64,000 nt of DNA, taken from Botryllus schlosseri. Its lineage: Eukaryota. The DNA lies in assembly GCA_051294905.1 (NCBI GenBank), contig CM119384.1, forward strand, positions 6,014,001 to 6,078,000. Direction: 5' to 3'. The notes under the pieces were generated by a model, which was not told the DNA's origin, did no database searches, and saw nothing but the letters and a program-made list of their open reading frames with translations. The translations under genes and the position numbers were made by a program. Numbering within the stretch: the stretch's first letter is position 1; each line of letters starts with the position of its first letter. Positions 23,690-35,387 of this stretch are shown in pieces.

Positions 23690-24382
23690 ATGGCTGCGAT
23701 AGGTAAGATGTACTACCGCCATAAAATGCACACTTGGTAAGTTTCATTTTTTCGTGTATGGAAGTTCTGATTTTCATATAACGAGCAATGATCATTAACA
23801 TATTTTTCCATCGTTTACGCCGATATTTCCATTCCGTTAGGTTTTCAGCAAATCGATAATTCTGAATCGTATTTCAAGCGGTCATGTGGAAACCGAACAT
23901 TGCTATATTGTTTTCGAAATCCCAAATATACTCCGCAGCATCGCTTAACATAGTGATTATGAAAACTAAATCATTTTAATCGACGTTAAGAGGATATATT
24001 ATTGACAAAACGGTAACAATATCGTATTTAAGCAATTCTTCTGTATTTTCAACTCCGGCTAAGATCGGTTTTACCGGTTTGGATTTTCAGCTGTTAGGTT
24101 TCAGCAATCGGCCGAACCGCCGAAACACGACTTCTTTGGAAAATTGTAGTATTTGAGTCGTTTCCTAACCTGATTGTTGATACGGTCCCTAGATGTTTAC
24201 AAATGAAACGAGCCTTTTAGTCTGGTGAGATCTATCGTCTAAGTTTGAAAGAGTAGAGTCATTTCTCCTTGCATTTCTGTCTCAACCTGCTCCAACTATA
24301 GTCTAAGCCTAAATTCAAGCAATGTATCACTCTTTCTCAGGCAATACCGTTATTACTATCGTATAACTTAGCTTCTGGCAAC

Positions 24383-25672
24383 ATGTCAGCAGAGGAGCAA
24401 CTGGTGGATACTGTAGACAAGCTTTATGACTTCCGTGACAATTTCATCTGCCAAAATGGAATCGAAAAAGCTGCGGAGAAAGACAAATTAGTGAATCTGA
24501 AATTAAAAGAAGTGCTCAGTTCGTTGATGCCACTGGAGTCTAAATGTCCTAAAACCATTTACTTCTTACATTATGGAAGAGCCTTGAACATCATTCCAGA
24601 GTACAGTAAGGAATGTGAAGACTTCCTGTCTAAAGCTGTGAAACGAGATCCATCTTTGATCGAAGGCTGGAATTTACTCGGCGAAACATTTTGGAAGAAA
24701 GGCGATATCCAAGCTGCGAAGGATTGCTTTGAAGGGTCAATGAAGCGAGAAAGAAACAAAGTGGCACTGCGCTCCATGTCAATGGTACTGCGCCAGATTA
24801 AGTGCAGCACAGCAAAAGACAACATAAATAATGTCATAAAGAGTGTTGAAATAGCTAAAGGCGCCGTTGAACTTGACGCTGTCGATGGATTGTCGTGGTA
24901 CATTCTTGGAAATGCGTATCTCTCTCTGTTTTTTGCCACTGATCACGGCTCCAAAACACTATCGTTAGCTTTAGGGGCTTATGAGCAGGCCGAAAAAGTA
25001 GATGATCGCTCCAAGTACAACCCTGATTTAAATTTTAACCGCGCTCAAGCGTGCCGGTACAGCGAATCCTACGAGAAAGCTTTCGCCGGATGGCAGCGAG
25101 CAAGCGATTTGGATCCGAAATGGCAAGACCCACATTGTAGAAAAGAGGAATTGCTCAAGTACTTGTTGAAAGTAAACTTGCTCGTCAAACAAAAAGGAAA
25201 GGTGAAAGCGAAACGATTGCACGGAATGATTGCCTCATTAAATAAGAAGGCTGTAGGCCTGCTGTCCCCAGAGAATCTTGTTGACAAAAATGTAAAAATT
25301 AACCAAGTCAGTATATCCGAGTTGGCGGAAGGAGCCAACCCTGAAAAAGTAGTGATTGGCTGTGTCGTATGTAATTTTGCTGATGTCGCCAAGGTGCCTT
25401 TTACATTCGCAATGGTCGATAAAAAAGGCACGTGCTGTGCCGTGACAGTTTATAATCTAGCGGAGGGCAAAGGTATGATCATAGGTGATTCTGTAGCAAT
25501 CCCAGAACCGTACTTCAATTCGGTTGATATTACATTGCCTGACGCAAATCAGACAAAGTGCGCGTTCTCAAGTATACGAGTCAGCAACCCGGCGATGCTG
25601 ATTGTCAATGGAAAAAAGGTACCTGAAGACCACAGGGCCTTCGTTACAGCCTCCATGGACGCACAAAACTGA
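24383..25672 (+). CDS. TTC5: Tetratricopeptide repeat protein 5 (tubulin mRNA autoregulation factor), 429 aa in one exon; possible 8-aa N-terminal extension via micro-exon 23690-23702
   Basis: VDKLYDFRDNF, TPR region (EGWNLLGETFWKKGD, LSMVLRQ-type helix, SWYILGNAYLSLFF, NPDLNFNRA), KGKVKAKRL, and C-terminal OB fold AVTVYNL...IGDSVAIPEP. Confidence 0.95.
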   Translation: MSAEEQLVDTVDKLYDFRDNFICQNGIEKAAEKDKLVNLKLKEVLSSLMPLESKCPKTIYFLHYGRALNIIPEYSKECEDFLSKAVKRDPSLIEGWNLLGETFWKKGDIQAAKDCFEGSMKRERNKVALRSMSMVLRQIKCSTAKDNINNVIKSVEIAKGAVELDAVDGLSWYILGNAYLSLFFATDHGSKTLSLALGAYEQAEKVDDRSKYNPDLNFNRAQACRYSESYEKAFAGWQRASDLDPKWQDPHCRKEELLKYLLKVNLLVKQKGKVKAKRLHGMIASLNKKAVGLLSPENLVDKNVKINQVSISELAEGANPEKVVIGCVVCNFADVAKVPFTFAMVDKKGTCCAVTVYNLAEGKGMIIGDSVAIPEPYFNSVDITLPDANQTKCAFSSIRVSNPAMLIVNGKKVPEDHRAFVTASMDAQN

Positions 25673-27182
25673 CATTATTTTGTTTAACTTACTGTGTTTC
25701 AATACTTGTTTTAGTAGGACCCACTCACTGTGTTATTTGGTTATGCATCCTAGCTTGGCAAAGTAGGGATGTTGTTTCACAATTTCGCTGCTCCACCATG
25801 TAGTCTAGATTTCCGAGCCCTCAAATTGGCTACGGCTACAGAGAATTATTGTACATCACAGAAGAAGTGTTAAATGTACTTGATCAATTGATTGATACTA
25901 TACCAGATGAACTTATCATCTACTTTAGTCACCACAAAGAGGCCTAGTGACCAACCCATTGGCCTTGAGTAACGTGAATAGTATCTTCACTTGAAATTAT
26001 TCCACGCATGTTCAGGTTTTGTGTTTTCGTACTGTCAAGTTATTTTTGTAACCGTAGGTCCAGTTTGCTACTAATCTACTATTGCAATGTTTCGTACGTT
26101 TGGGAATCGTGATTATATTGAGTTTGAGTTCGATGTTTCTTTTTGAAGTTTAATTTTTTCAATATTTATTTATACTGACTGATTCATTAAAATCTAGTGA
26201 AGCAAAACAATGGAAGATTTTAATTACACAATCTGTTCAAATATGGCAAAAAGTCAAATATCTACATACATTTCCAGTCGTAAATCTTTGCTCTCGTGTT
26301 TTTTATACGTTTAGGTTCGTCGCGCTTGATGCATATTGCGAAAGATCATCGACTTTTTCTGTTCCTACAGATGAGCGATTTCTCTGTCAAAACTGCATTT
26401 CAACATGAGGTTCAATTAATGTATATTTTTGCAGGTAGCCATGCATTTCGATTTGTCTCAATTTCATTATTTTATGCAAAAAGACTATCCTGAGTGAATT
26501 TCCTTGATTCCATAGAAAATATGAGTGTCGTAATGTACTGGGTGTTTTTTTAGCACGATCAAATGAATTAACGGGGTTTTCAGTAAAGATACTGTATAAC
26601 CTGTATCTGTAGCTGTACAGTATATGAAGATTCCTTTGCAGTCGGGTAGATTTGATTGACAGATGAAAGAGCCACGCTTTCTGTTAACTACGTTGTTACA
26701 TTCTCGTGGATGCCATCAGCGAGTGAACTCAGCGCTGTGGACAGATGTACGTTTCATGAGAATTCGTTAAATGAGAACTTTTCATAAAAATGAGGCAAGG
26801 AAAACTCAAGAGATTACAGTTTTCTTGAGTCCGCTCAAAAGATACTTGATCGCATGCAGAAATTCACAGCATCGTTTACGCTTCGCCCTGACATGGCGTG
26901 TCACCCTGATAGCCAAAAAGCAGACCTGTGCTGAAGGTTGACATCAATAAGTCAACGTCAGATGCTATATTTACCACACCAAGACATACACAATGTACAC
27001 CGCGATACACAATGTGATGTGCTGAACAAAAGGAGGCTAGGAAACTAAGGACAGCCATAAACTCTAGCTCAGCGGTTCTTAACCTTTTTGGACATGTGCC
27101 TCCCTTGGGGATGGTCGAAAATATTGCGCCCTCCCCCCCCCCTACACTTTTCGTCATGTCTAAAAGAGCACATCATCTAATA

Positions 27183-28025
27183 CAGAGGTAGGCAACCTTT
27201 TTGCTAATCACTGCCCATTTCGATTACTTATGTACCCCAAGGCCGCATTCCAGGGCATAGTCGTAATGAACTAACTGGACGCTAAATACCTAATCTGTCC
27301 ATATCCATTGCCGGTGAACTCCGGAGTCCGGACTATTATACTTTTAACAAAAGCCTTTTGTACGTACCGAAATCGCGAGTCGCAATGTTATGAATAGATG
27401 CTGGGATTGTTTGTTGTCGCGCCGAGCGCGAAAATTTTTCAGATTCACGAATGAATTCCGTAATTAATAGTAGCAGTATCACATGTTCAGATAAAAATAT
27501 AACCCAATCATGTTATGTTATGTTATGTTATATTATTATCAAATATTTATCCTCTTTTAGCCCATGTGATCAGATACACCGGTAGGGTTCATTGAGGGAG
27601 TGCTTTTGAAAATTTAGGGCAAGTTATAGATGATAATGCATCTTAGGGTGGGCCAAATGTTATTAGTCACTTGGTTGCATGCTGTTATTTCTTGGCCCCC
27701 GATCAGGATTGTCGATTATATCGGTAGTGGAAATAGGCCTATATTAAAATCGTCCTAACGTACCATAAACATATTTCGTTCGTGAGGAGCACACGATTCC
27801 GTCTCAGAGTGAGAAGGGCGCTACTATATTAAAATCGAAAAATCAAGTTATGTTGAATCGCGCGGAGTGTGAAGAAAATTTCAAGATTAATTAAAATCTC
27901 TCAAAAAGTCGGGAGTGAATTCGTAATTTTAATTTGCATGTCCACGGATGCCAACACATTCTAATTGAATTAGGTGTCGACGGTCGCACAAATTCCCATC
28001 TACAACAACAGGTTGCCCTTCCCTG
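27183..28025. mobile_element. Nested hAT-Charlie-type element (843 bp)
   Basis: Ends CAGAGGTAGGCAACC / GGTTGCCCTTCCCTG; perfect TSD ATCTAATA; internal similarity to 59340-59812. Confidence 0.85.
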
Positions 28026-28058
28026 ATCTAATAGTATAGATATGGTATGTCTTACACC

Positions 28059-29292
28059 CAGGGCTTTGGAGCAGCCGTAAATTTAAACTGCTCCAGCTCC
28101 GGCTCCGGAGCTCTCTTCTATCATACATTAGCTCCGGCTCCAGCTCCGGAGCCGCATTATAACCACTGCTCCGGCTCCAGCTCCGGCTCCGGCTCTGAAA
28201 TTATCGAATGGTCCTGTCTATATCAGGGGTGGCCCGCAAATGTGGCCAGCGAGAGGGTTTTGCGTGGCCCGTGAGGTAATGTCCTATTATATTATCGAAA
28301 ATGAATTGCTCAGATTGTGAACTTGCAATGTCAACCAAAAATTACAAGTCTGACTGTGACACTTGGGATCTTGATGACTAAAATATCAGTTCCGACGCAA
28401 TAGCAGGTCCAGGGTCCAGTCAAAATTTCAGTAAATCATCGTACATTACAATAAACTAAAATAGTAGTGAAATTTTTCTTAACGCTTCGCGTGTTTAATT
28501 GTCACACGATTTCTTGCTTGGTAGCCTACCCCCTACTGAAAATGAAGAAAAAAAACGCCTAGTTAACCCGATTGAGTCTAACTGTATTCGCAATTACGGG
28601 AGAAAGACTTTTCGGAGACCTTTGATATAGATGTGGCCAGACGCCGAATAGTCGTGTCCTTGCAAACTGAGCCTAGCAGGCGGTATACTATACGGTAGAC
28701 CCGCAATATACTCAAGTAATAATATTATTGACCTGGTTTATATATAAACTTTGTAAATTTTACCCGCTTGGCGCGGCTAGTGAACCGCGCGCTCGATCAT
28801 CAATTTCATGTGTCCCTTATAGACCAGAAGTTTGGCCCGTCCTGGTCTATATAGATTACTAATCTACCCATAGGTTAGTTATCTATAGTAATGTAGAGTC
28901 TGTCAGCCGTCAGTAACATCCGATGTAGCAACGAAGACATAGGTGCCGCCGTGCCGGCCTGTGACGTCATAATGAATACTTGTCAATTGTCGATAACATC
29001 ATAGTTGCACTAGAACGCACTTAACTCTACGGCCTACGCCATTGCTGCGCACAGCATTAATATTAAGGCCTGCTGTTCAATTATGATAAATCAGCAGATG
29101 TGGTTGTTGCATATATAATAGCATCTTATGAAATACGTCGGAGCCGGAGCTACTCCTCAAATACCGGGCTCCAGCTCCGGCTCCGGCTCCGGCTAAATTT
29201 TATGTAGAGCTCCGGCTCCGGCTCCAGCTCCGGTGAAAATGCCCGGCTCCGGGGCTCCGGCTCCGGGCTCCGGCTCCGGCTCCAAAGCCCTG
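28059..29292. mobile_element. Nested hAT element with (GGCTCC)n subterminal arrays
   Basis: TIR CAGGGCTTTGGAGC/GCTCCAAAGCCCTG (14 bp perfect); perfect TSD CTTACACC. Confidence 0.92.
28224..28844. mobile_element. Third-level nested hAT-Charlie-type element (621 bp)
   Basis: Ends CAGGGGTGGCCC / TGGCCCGTCCTG; perfect TSD GTCTATAT. Confidence 0.85.
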
Positions 29293-29859
29293 CTTACACC
29301 CAGTTTGAATCCGCATTCCAGTTGTTGAGTCTTTAACATTTCTGACAAATTTCCCCAAACGTGTGGGAATTGCTCCAAATTTTCAAAGAATATCAAAAAT
29401 TTGCTCAAATGAGTTTGAAATCAGCCTATACTCCGTTGAGCGCGACTGCTGGAGTTGGAATTTGGCGAGATTTCTTGAATACGAAATAAATTTCATCTTT
29501 AACAATCGTCTTCTCAGAATGATTGTGAAGCACATTCTTAATCAGAATTCATACAGATTACAGACGTGGTCAATTTCTCGCGCCCCCCCCCCTGAGAGCT
29601 TCCCACGCCCCCAAGGGGGGCGTGCCCCCCAGGTTGAGAACCCCTGCTCTAGCTATAGTCTAGGTAGCCTAATCGCGAAACTTAAAGATTTGTAAACGAA
29701 TGGCATCCCTCTTGACTAGTCCTGATATCGCCTGTTCACAACCTTTTTCGTCAAGTGATGACTAAAAAAAACAGTGCTGATCACGGCCGACCACGTTGTC
29801 AAAAATAGCACAAACTATGGACACAGGTCAAAAAATAATGAGATAGGAAGTTTTATAAG

Positions 29860-31452
29860 CAGAGGTGGACAAAGTAGTCAAGAAAGCTACTCAAGTAGAA
29901 GTAAAAGTACTCCTTCCATAAGCAATCCAAAACTACTTGAAGTGGAAGTAGAATTGACTGACTTTAAAAGTACTCAAGTAAGTAAATAGTTGTGAAAACG
30001 ATCCTAATTCGTTCACATGGATCGTAAAAAGGTGCAAATTGAGCTATGCGAAAGGTGACGAGCTTGATTCATATTGATGCATACCAACAGGTATCCAATT
30101 TTCGATATATTTTCCGGAAATTAAAGGCATTACTACACTTGCTTTTATACTTCAACATGTATGTTATCCAGACAAAGGAACTGATATTATAGTTATAACT
30201 CAAAGTATATGATACTGGGAATTAAAGGTAAAATGTAAATACTACTTCTAAAAGTGGAACATGTATTTCATGCCTTTAGTCAGGGTTGTAATGACTCGAG
30301 TCACGATTTTTTGGTGACTCGACTTGACACGATTCATTTTCTCAAAAATGAAAAATGACTCGACTCGACTCAAGTCATTTGTGTATTGACTCAACTTGTA
30401 CTCGAGTCATTGCACATGACTCGGAGTCCGAGTCTCGGACCAAGTCATATGACTCGAGACTGGGTCTACCAAGACAGATCATTCATTGTAATTTCGAAGA
30501 ATAGTGAAGTTATCACGCTATAATTATTTTGTCTATCAGTCCTAATACTTGAAAATGCTACTAGAAACTGTTTTAAGTGAGGAAAATTAGCATATTATAA
30601 ATGCGAACCATTCGATATCACCAAAGAGAGTAATATAAAGTGGGTTTAACGAGATATTAACTGGAAACAGAGCAGTCAACACAATGACTTGGACTTGGAC
30701 TCGAATCAAAACACTATGACCTGGATTCGACACTCTACTCCGTGACTTGGACTCGGACTTGAGTCGGTACTGAATTGAAAATGACTCGACTTGACTCGAG
30801 TCAAAACTATAAAAGTGAGATTGACTTGTGACTCGGAACCTTGTGACTTGGTTACAACCCTGCCTTTAGTCCAGAAAGTTTCAAAGGTGATATGATAAAA
30901 CAGCTCTAAAACTAGAAAAAAAGAGTCAGAGTCCACTTTTACAGATTAGGACACACCATGGACATGCTAGATTACGATATGACAAGTAAATGCTAGATTG
31001 CGAAACATCAGTTTCAAACGTCATGATGAGCCATATATACTGTGATGAATTATTTCACATGGGCGAAGGACGACAATGTGGTGTAAAAGGAACACGCCAT
31101 CCCGCGACCTAAACTATATTCACCGATACTTTCGTGAAATCATACTGGTCACTCCGTATCCACTGCGCTCGAAGCGCGACGAAAATTCTCCGCTTTACTC
31201 AACTTTTATGAAAATTAAATGTTGATACTCCGTGAAAACAGCCCCGAAATTTCTCAGGCTATCTTCCTGATTGGAAGATTGAACTACTTCTACTTGACAA
31301 ACTGAAAATAGCGAAAAGTAAGTAAGCAGATCACCAAATATTACGAAGTAGAAGTAGCGAAAATCAGATCTACTTGAGTAAGTACCAGAAGTAGAGGAAA
31401 ACTACTTGAGTACTTCGAAAAAGTAGAAGTACTTCGTTACTGACCACCTCTG
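29860..31452. mobile_element. hAT family B, copy 2, carrying a nested MITE
   Basis: CAGAGGTGGACA...TGACCACCTCTG; collinear with 19524-20750; TSD not recognisable. Confidence 0.85.
30281..30862. mobile_element. hAT MITE (582 bp) with GACTCG/GACTTG arrays, nested in family B
   Basis: TIR CAGGGTTGTAA/TTACAACCCTG; perfect TSD CCTTTAGT; the empty site is visible in copy 1 (TCTTAAGT|CCAGAAAG, about 20222-20237). Confidence 0.95.
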
Positions 31453-32282
31453 GTAGTTATAGACAGTTGAAGTAGTAGCATATTTATGAGTTCGAAATCA
31501 ACGGAAACTTTACACGTTTGAGTAGTTTGAGTACTATACTTCAAATTTCAAATCAAAAGTTTCATGTTCTCGTAAGACCCCTTGATGTCAGCTGTACCAG
31601 CTACAGCGATAGAAGCACATAGATGTGTATTGTGCGACAAAACAGCTTTTAGGCTTGTTGCATCAATAAAGATCGCAATTCACAGTTCCCGCAATGTCTC
31701 TATGATACCTTGATCATCGACACAATAGACAAAGAAGCGTGTGTATTCACTATCACGTTGTATTAACCAAGCAACAGTGGTATCAGTGCCATGTATATGT
31801 TTGGCTTTTAATCTGGAATCTAGAATAAGAGCATATTAATTTGGCAAATTTAAATTTATGACAAAGTTATATAGTTCAGCTTGATTCAACTTTATATAGC
31901 TGCTGATCACCATTACACTCATGCTGAGAACATTCTTCAGACAAAGACTCTTCCCCGAGAGAATCTTCTTCATCTGTAGGTAAAACTTTTGAAGGCAATG
32001 GAATTGTGACATCCAGCCCCATGAGGAATCGGTGGTAAGGCGCAAGTCAAATTGGATATTGAATTTTATGCTGATTATTGACATTGAATCCAAAAACAAA
32101 ACATGAGCAAAAGTAACAATCTTTTCCATGTCCATGTGACTCTCTCCAAATCATTGGCATACCAAATGCTAAATCTTTTGTTTTCAAATGCTTCACAGCC
32201 TCAATGTCGCTTCATTTTTCATTCAATGTGCTGTGAATTCCTCTTCTTTGCATCGCCTAGGCCTATGTAGATGTCTGATTTC

Positions 32283-32375
32283 AAACACTACTCCAAGTCG
32301 TTTCAACGCTTTCCCATCTTTTCATTGTATCGCAGTGATGTTTTGAAAGGAAGAAAATAGCAATAATATGATACT
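32283..32375 (+). mobile_element. Diverged L2-type LINE 3' UTR fragment
   Basis: CTACTCCAAGTCGTTTC...TTTTCATTGTATCGCAG...GATGTTTTGAAA, similar to 9880-9960. Confidence 0.6.
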
Positions 32376-32797
32376 GATATCAAAAACTAGGCCTAGAATG
32401 CTTACTTTTTTACATACTTATGAAAGGTTACTTTTACTTCTACTTGAGTAGAAATTGACGCCGTTACTTCTACTTCTATACTTGAGTACCTATATAGTAA
32501 GTATTTTGACCATCTCTGATGACGTCATAATTGTTATAACTATGGCCCAAGAGCAAGGAATACTTCACAGAATAGGTGGATTTTAGCACTAAGATGCAAA
32601 ATTTTAAATCGCAGATTATAAAAATTTTGACGTGATAGGAAAAAAGCGACTTCATATTCGTAATCAGCGTACGAAAATTGACTTAATAGTCATCATTTTG
32701 GCCAAAAAAAAATCATGTCGACCAGTGTAATCAATCGAAAGCTACCGCGGTACTGATTGCGGAAATATAAATTTTGTTCTGCTCGTGGTCCCGGAAC

Positions 32798-33716
32798 CAG
32801 ACTTGGATAACTAGAAAATTTTCCGATTTTCCGAATTAGATTAGAATTAGAATTAGAGCTACACAGATCTTTCCAAATTAGGTTAGAATTAGAATTAGAG
32901 ATACGCAGTTTTTTCCAAATTAGATTAGAATTAGGGCTACATAGATTTTTCCAAATTAGATTAGAATTACTGAATTCGCAAAAACTTGGAAATTTAATGG
33001 AATTGTAAATTAGAAATACATACAGCAAAAATCAAGTTCAGTTCATATCAAATATCAGTGCATTCCTATAAGCATAAGAATGGTTACCATTTGTACACCA
33101 AGCTTGGCTCGTTTTACTCTATAGGCCAACCAGAGGTCACCAACACGCTGGCCAGATGGGGTCGGCGATCTGAGTTGTGATTTTGCAAGAACGCGAACGA
33201 AGCATTTTTAAATGATGAAATTGCTTTCAGCTTCAAATTATTATTGTTATTGTTTCAAAATAAGCTATTCGCCAGTGCCCAACATCACTATTCCGCACTA
33301 GCTGAAACGGCTTCGGCGATGGCTATACAAGCTATACTATGTCTCTTGCCAAGCATGGTCATGATTCGTCACAATAACTACTATGACTGCGTGCGGCGTA
33401 AGTAATGCGATTGCGGCTTGGCACTGGATTTCCCTGCGCGAGAGGGATATTCTTGTTAACTCGGTGCGAAATGCCGCGGACAAAGAGGCATTTTCAGGTA
33501 CACAATAAATTAGATTAGAACTAAAATGAGAGTTTAGAAGCATTTAACAAATTAAATTAGAACTAGAATTACAGCATATGAACATTTCACAAATTAGATT
33601 AGAATTAGAATTAGAGCACAGAAACATTTCACAAATTAGATTACAATTAGATTACTGGCATTTGGCTCTAATTTAGTGAAATTAGACAATTAGAATTTTC
33701 TAGCTGTCCAAGTTTG
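32798..33716. mobile_element. hAT-like element (919 bp) with (AATTAG)n subterminal arrays
   Basis: Ends CAGACTTGGATA / TGTCCAAGTTTG (10/12); TSD CCCGGAAC/CCTGGAAC (7/8). Inserted into an older relative of the 38.8-kb foldback arm. Confidence 0.8.
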
Positions 33717-34313
33717 CCTGGAACCCCCAGAAATCAGCCTCGAATGTTGCATTGTAACGGAGTTGTCTATTGTGACGCAACAACGCAGTCTGGAAACCGG
33801 TGGGGAGCAGCGCAAACCGCACGCGTATTGGCCATTGTTGCGCTAGCGATTGAGCATTCACACTATCACTCTAGTAAGCACTTGCTCCTGAGCTGCGCCA
33901 AACTCTTAAACGCAATATTCATTTGCACGTTGTTACAGGAATTCTTACCTATCATTGGAAGCTCGGTGGTCGCATGGTAGTAGCTCCACTTCAAATGATT
34001 TTTGATTGGTGAGCGTCTTTCTTGGTTGAACGTTCTAGAAGTTTGGAGTACGTAAATTCGATGCTCGGTAGAATTATAATAAGTAAATATTATCAACGAG
34101 CTTCGTTTGTTGGAGCGCACATCTTACGGAATGGACAATAATAATAATAGAACCAACAACTATAAGATCGCCTGTTAAGACGCCAGTGCAGATGACTTTC
34201 CAACCATGACATACTATATTCGTTTCAGCAATAGCCTATATATTGTCATGTATATATTCACTATTATACCAGGCATGTGTTGTACAATCTACATGTTCCT
34301 CCTAAATAATATA

Positions 34314-35358
34314 TCAATCAATCAGGTTCATTAATATTTTCATCGTTTCAAAACATCACAAGACTGCGATACAATGAAAAGATAGGAAGGTGTCGAAACA
34401 ACTTGGAGTAGCCTTTAAGATCAGACACCCACCTTAGCCTAGGCAAAGTCAAGAAGAGGCATGCACAATTGCACACTTAATGAAAAGTAATGCAGAGAAT
34501 ATAAGACGCAAGCGACAAAATGAGGTGGCATGTGGCGGAGGGCGAGGTCGATGTTAGGACGTGGTCCGGTAATCCTGAAGACTATGGCTAGTATTCATTT
34601 AGAACAGAGGTCTCAAACACGCGGCCCGCGAGACCATTTTGTGCGGCCCGCGACGACATTTTGGATTTCAAAGTATTCGACAATATTTAACAACCATTGT
34701 TTTTTTCAATTTGAGAACTTGAAATTCGCTCTAAAACTACTCCAGAAGCCAGAAACTACTATACTCGTCAAACTTCACTATTACATCACTTTCGAAAGTT
34801 GCATCGCAGCAGAAGATTACCTATCACGTGACATTACTTCTTTATGGTGGTTAAACATGATTACCCGTTGATGATTCGTCAGACTCAATGGGTGATAAAA
34901 TAGAAATGACTCGAGTTGAGTCGCGTCAAGAGATACAAGCAGAGAAGGACTTTTGTGACACGGAACGCCGAACTTGGCACAACCACGGACGGAACAAACT
35001 ATCAAACTGGTATGGAAATGCGACAGCTTTTACGATGTCCTGATGCATTTCGTCTCTCACATGGTGTCTACAACTAATGATTTTGACAAACTACAGCAAC
35101 AATTTTACTCAAATATCTAAAAATGTTATTTTTTTCGTGCCAGGCGTTAATTCACAATACTAAATCACATTTTTACGATGCGTGTGGGATGTCAGTCTGC
35201 AAGGTCCCGTCAAATAAGGCCTACTTGGAAATACATTGAATTCCATATTACTGGTGCTGCGGCCCGCGGCGCAATCAAAAAGTAGGAAATTGGCCTGCGA
35301 GCACATTTGAGTTTGAGACCTCTGATTTAGAAGAAATTGCTTGTATTTCGACTTGAAT
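34314..35358 (-). mobile_element. L2-type LINE 3' end with (TGAT)n tail, interrupted by a hAT element
   Basis: Same family as 9640-9979; resumes after 35332 with FKSKYKQFLLN coding sequence. Confidence 0.8.
34605..35324. mobile_element. hAT-Charlie-type element (720 bp)
   Basis: Perfect 14-bp TIR CAGAGGTCTCAAAC/GTTTGAGACCTCTG; perfect TSD ATTTAGAA; empty site in the LINE copies at about 8045 and 9700. Confidence 0.95.
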
Positions 35359-35387
35359 ATAAATTCGACACGCCAGTGACAATAACA

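Larger units (their letters stand above)
27070..29646. mobile_element. hAT-Charlie-type MITE (about 480 bp of its own sequence) hosting nested insertions
   Basis: TIR CAGCGGTTCTTAACC vs CAGGGGTTCTCAACC (13/15); perfect TSD CTCTAGCT. Confidence 0.85.
29655..32260 (-). pseudogene. Degraded Chapaev3-like (CMC superfamily) transposase, split by a hAT insertion
   Basis: Collinear motifs with stops and frameshifts: LAFGMPMIWRESHGHGKDCYFC..., NQAELYNFVINLNL...DSRLKAK, FVYC, IFIDATSLKAVLSHN, ASI...SYENMK, DFELINMLL (31453-32260), and weaker ...GRDQH... (29655-29859). They follow the remembered consensus FGIPMVWREPxDHxxDCYFC / QxELNDLVRDL / LFIDSSKRSLKAVLLHN / DLKVxxMLLGQQ. The family name needs HMM confirmation. 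Confidence 0.75.

Noticed and set aside
24571-25431. Antisense ORFs of 120-122 aa overlapping TTC5
   Set aside because: Shadow frames of a real coding sequence; no features of their own.
26500-27069. Possible continuation of the Chapaev3-like transposase left of the hAT nest
   Set aside because: The expected C-terminal motifs (GIFVGPQIR, KIHFLHSHLD, SDEHGERFHQ) could not be recovered convincingly.
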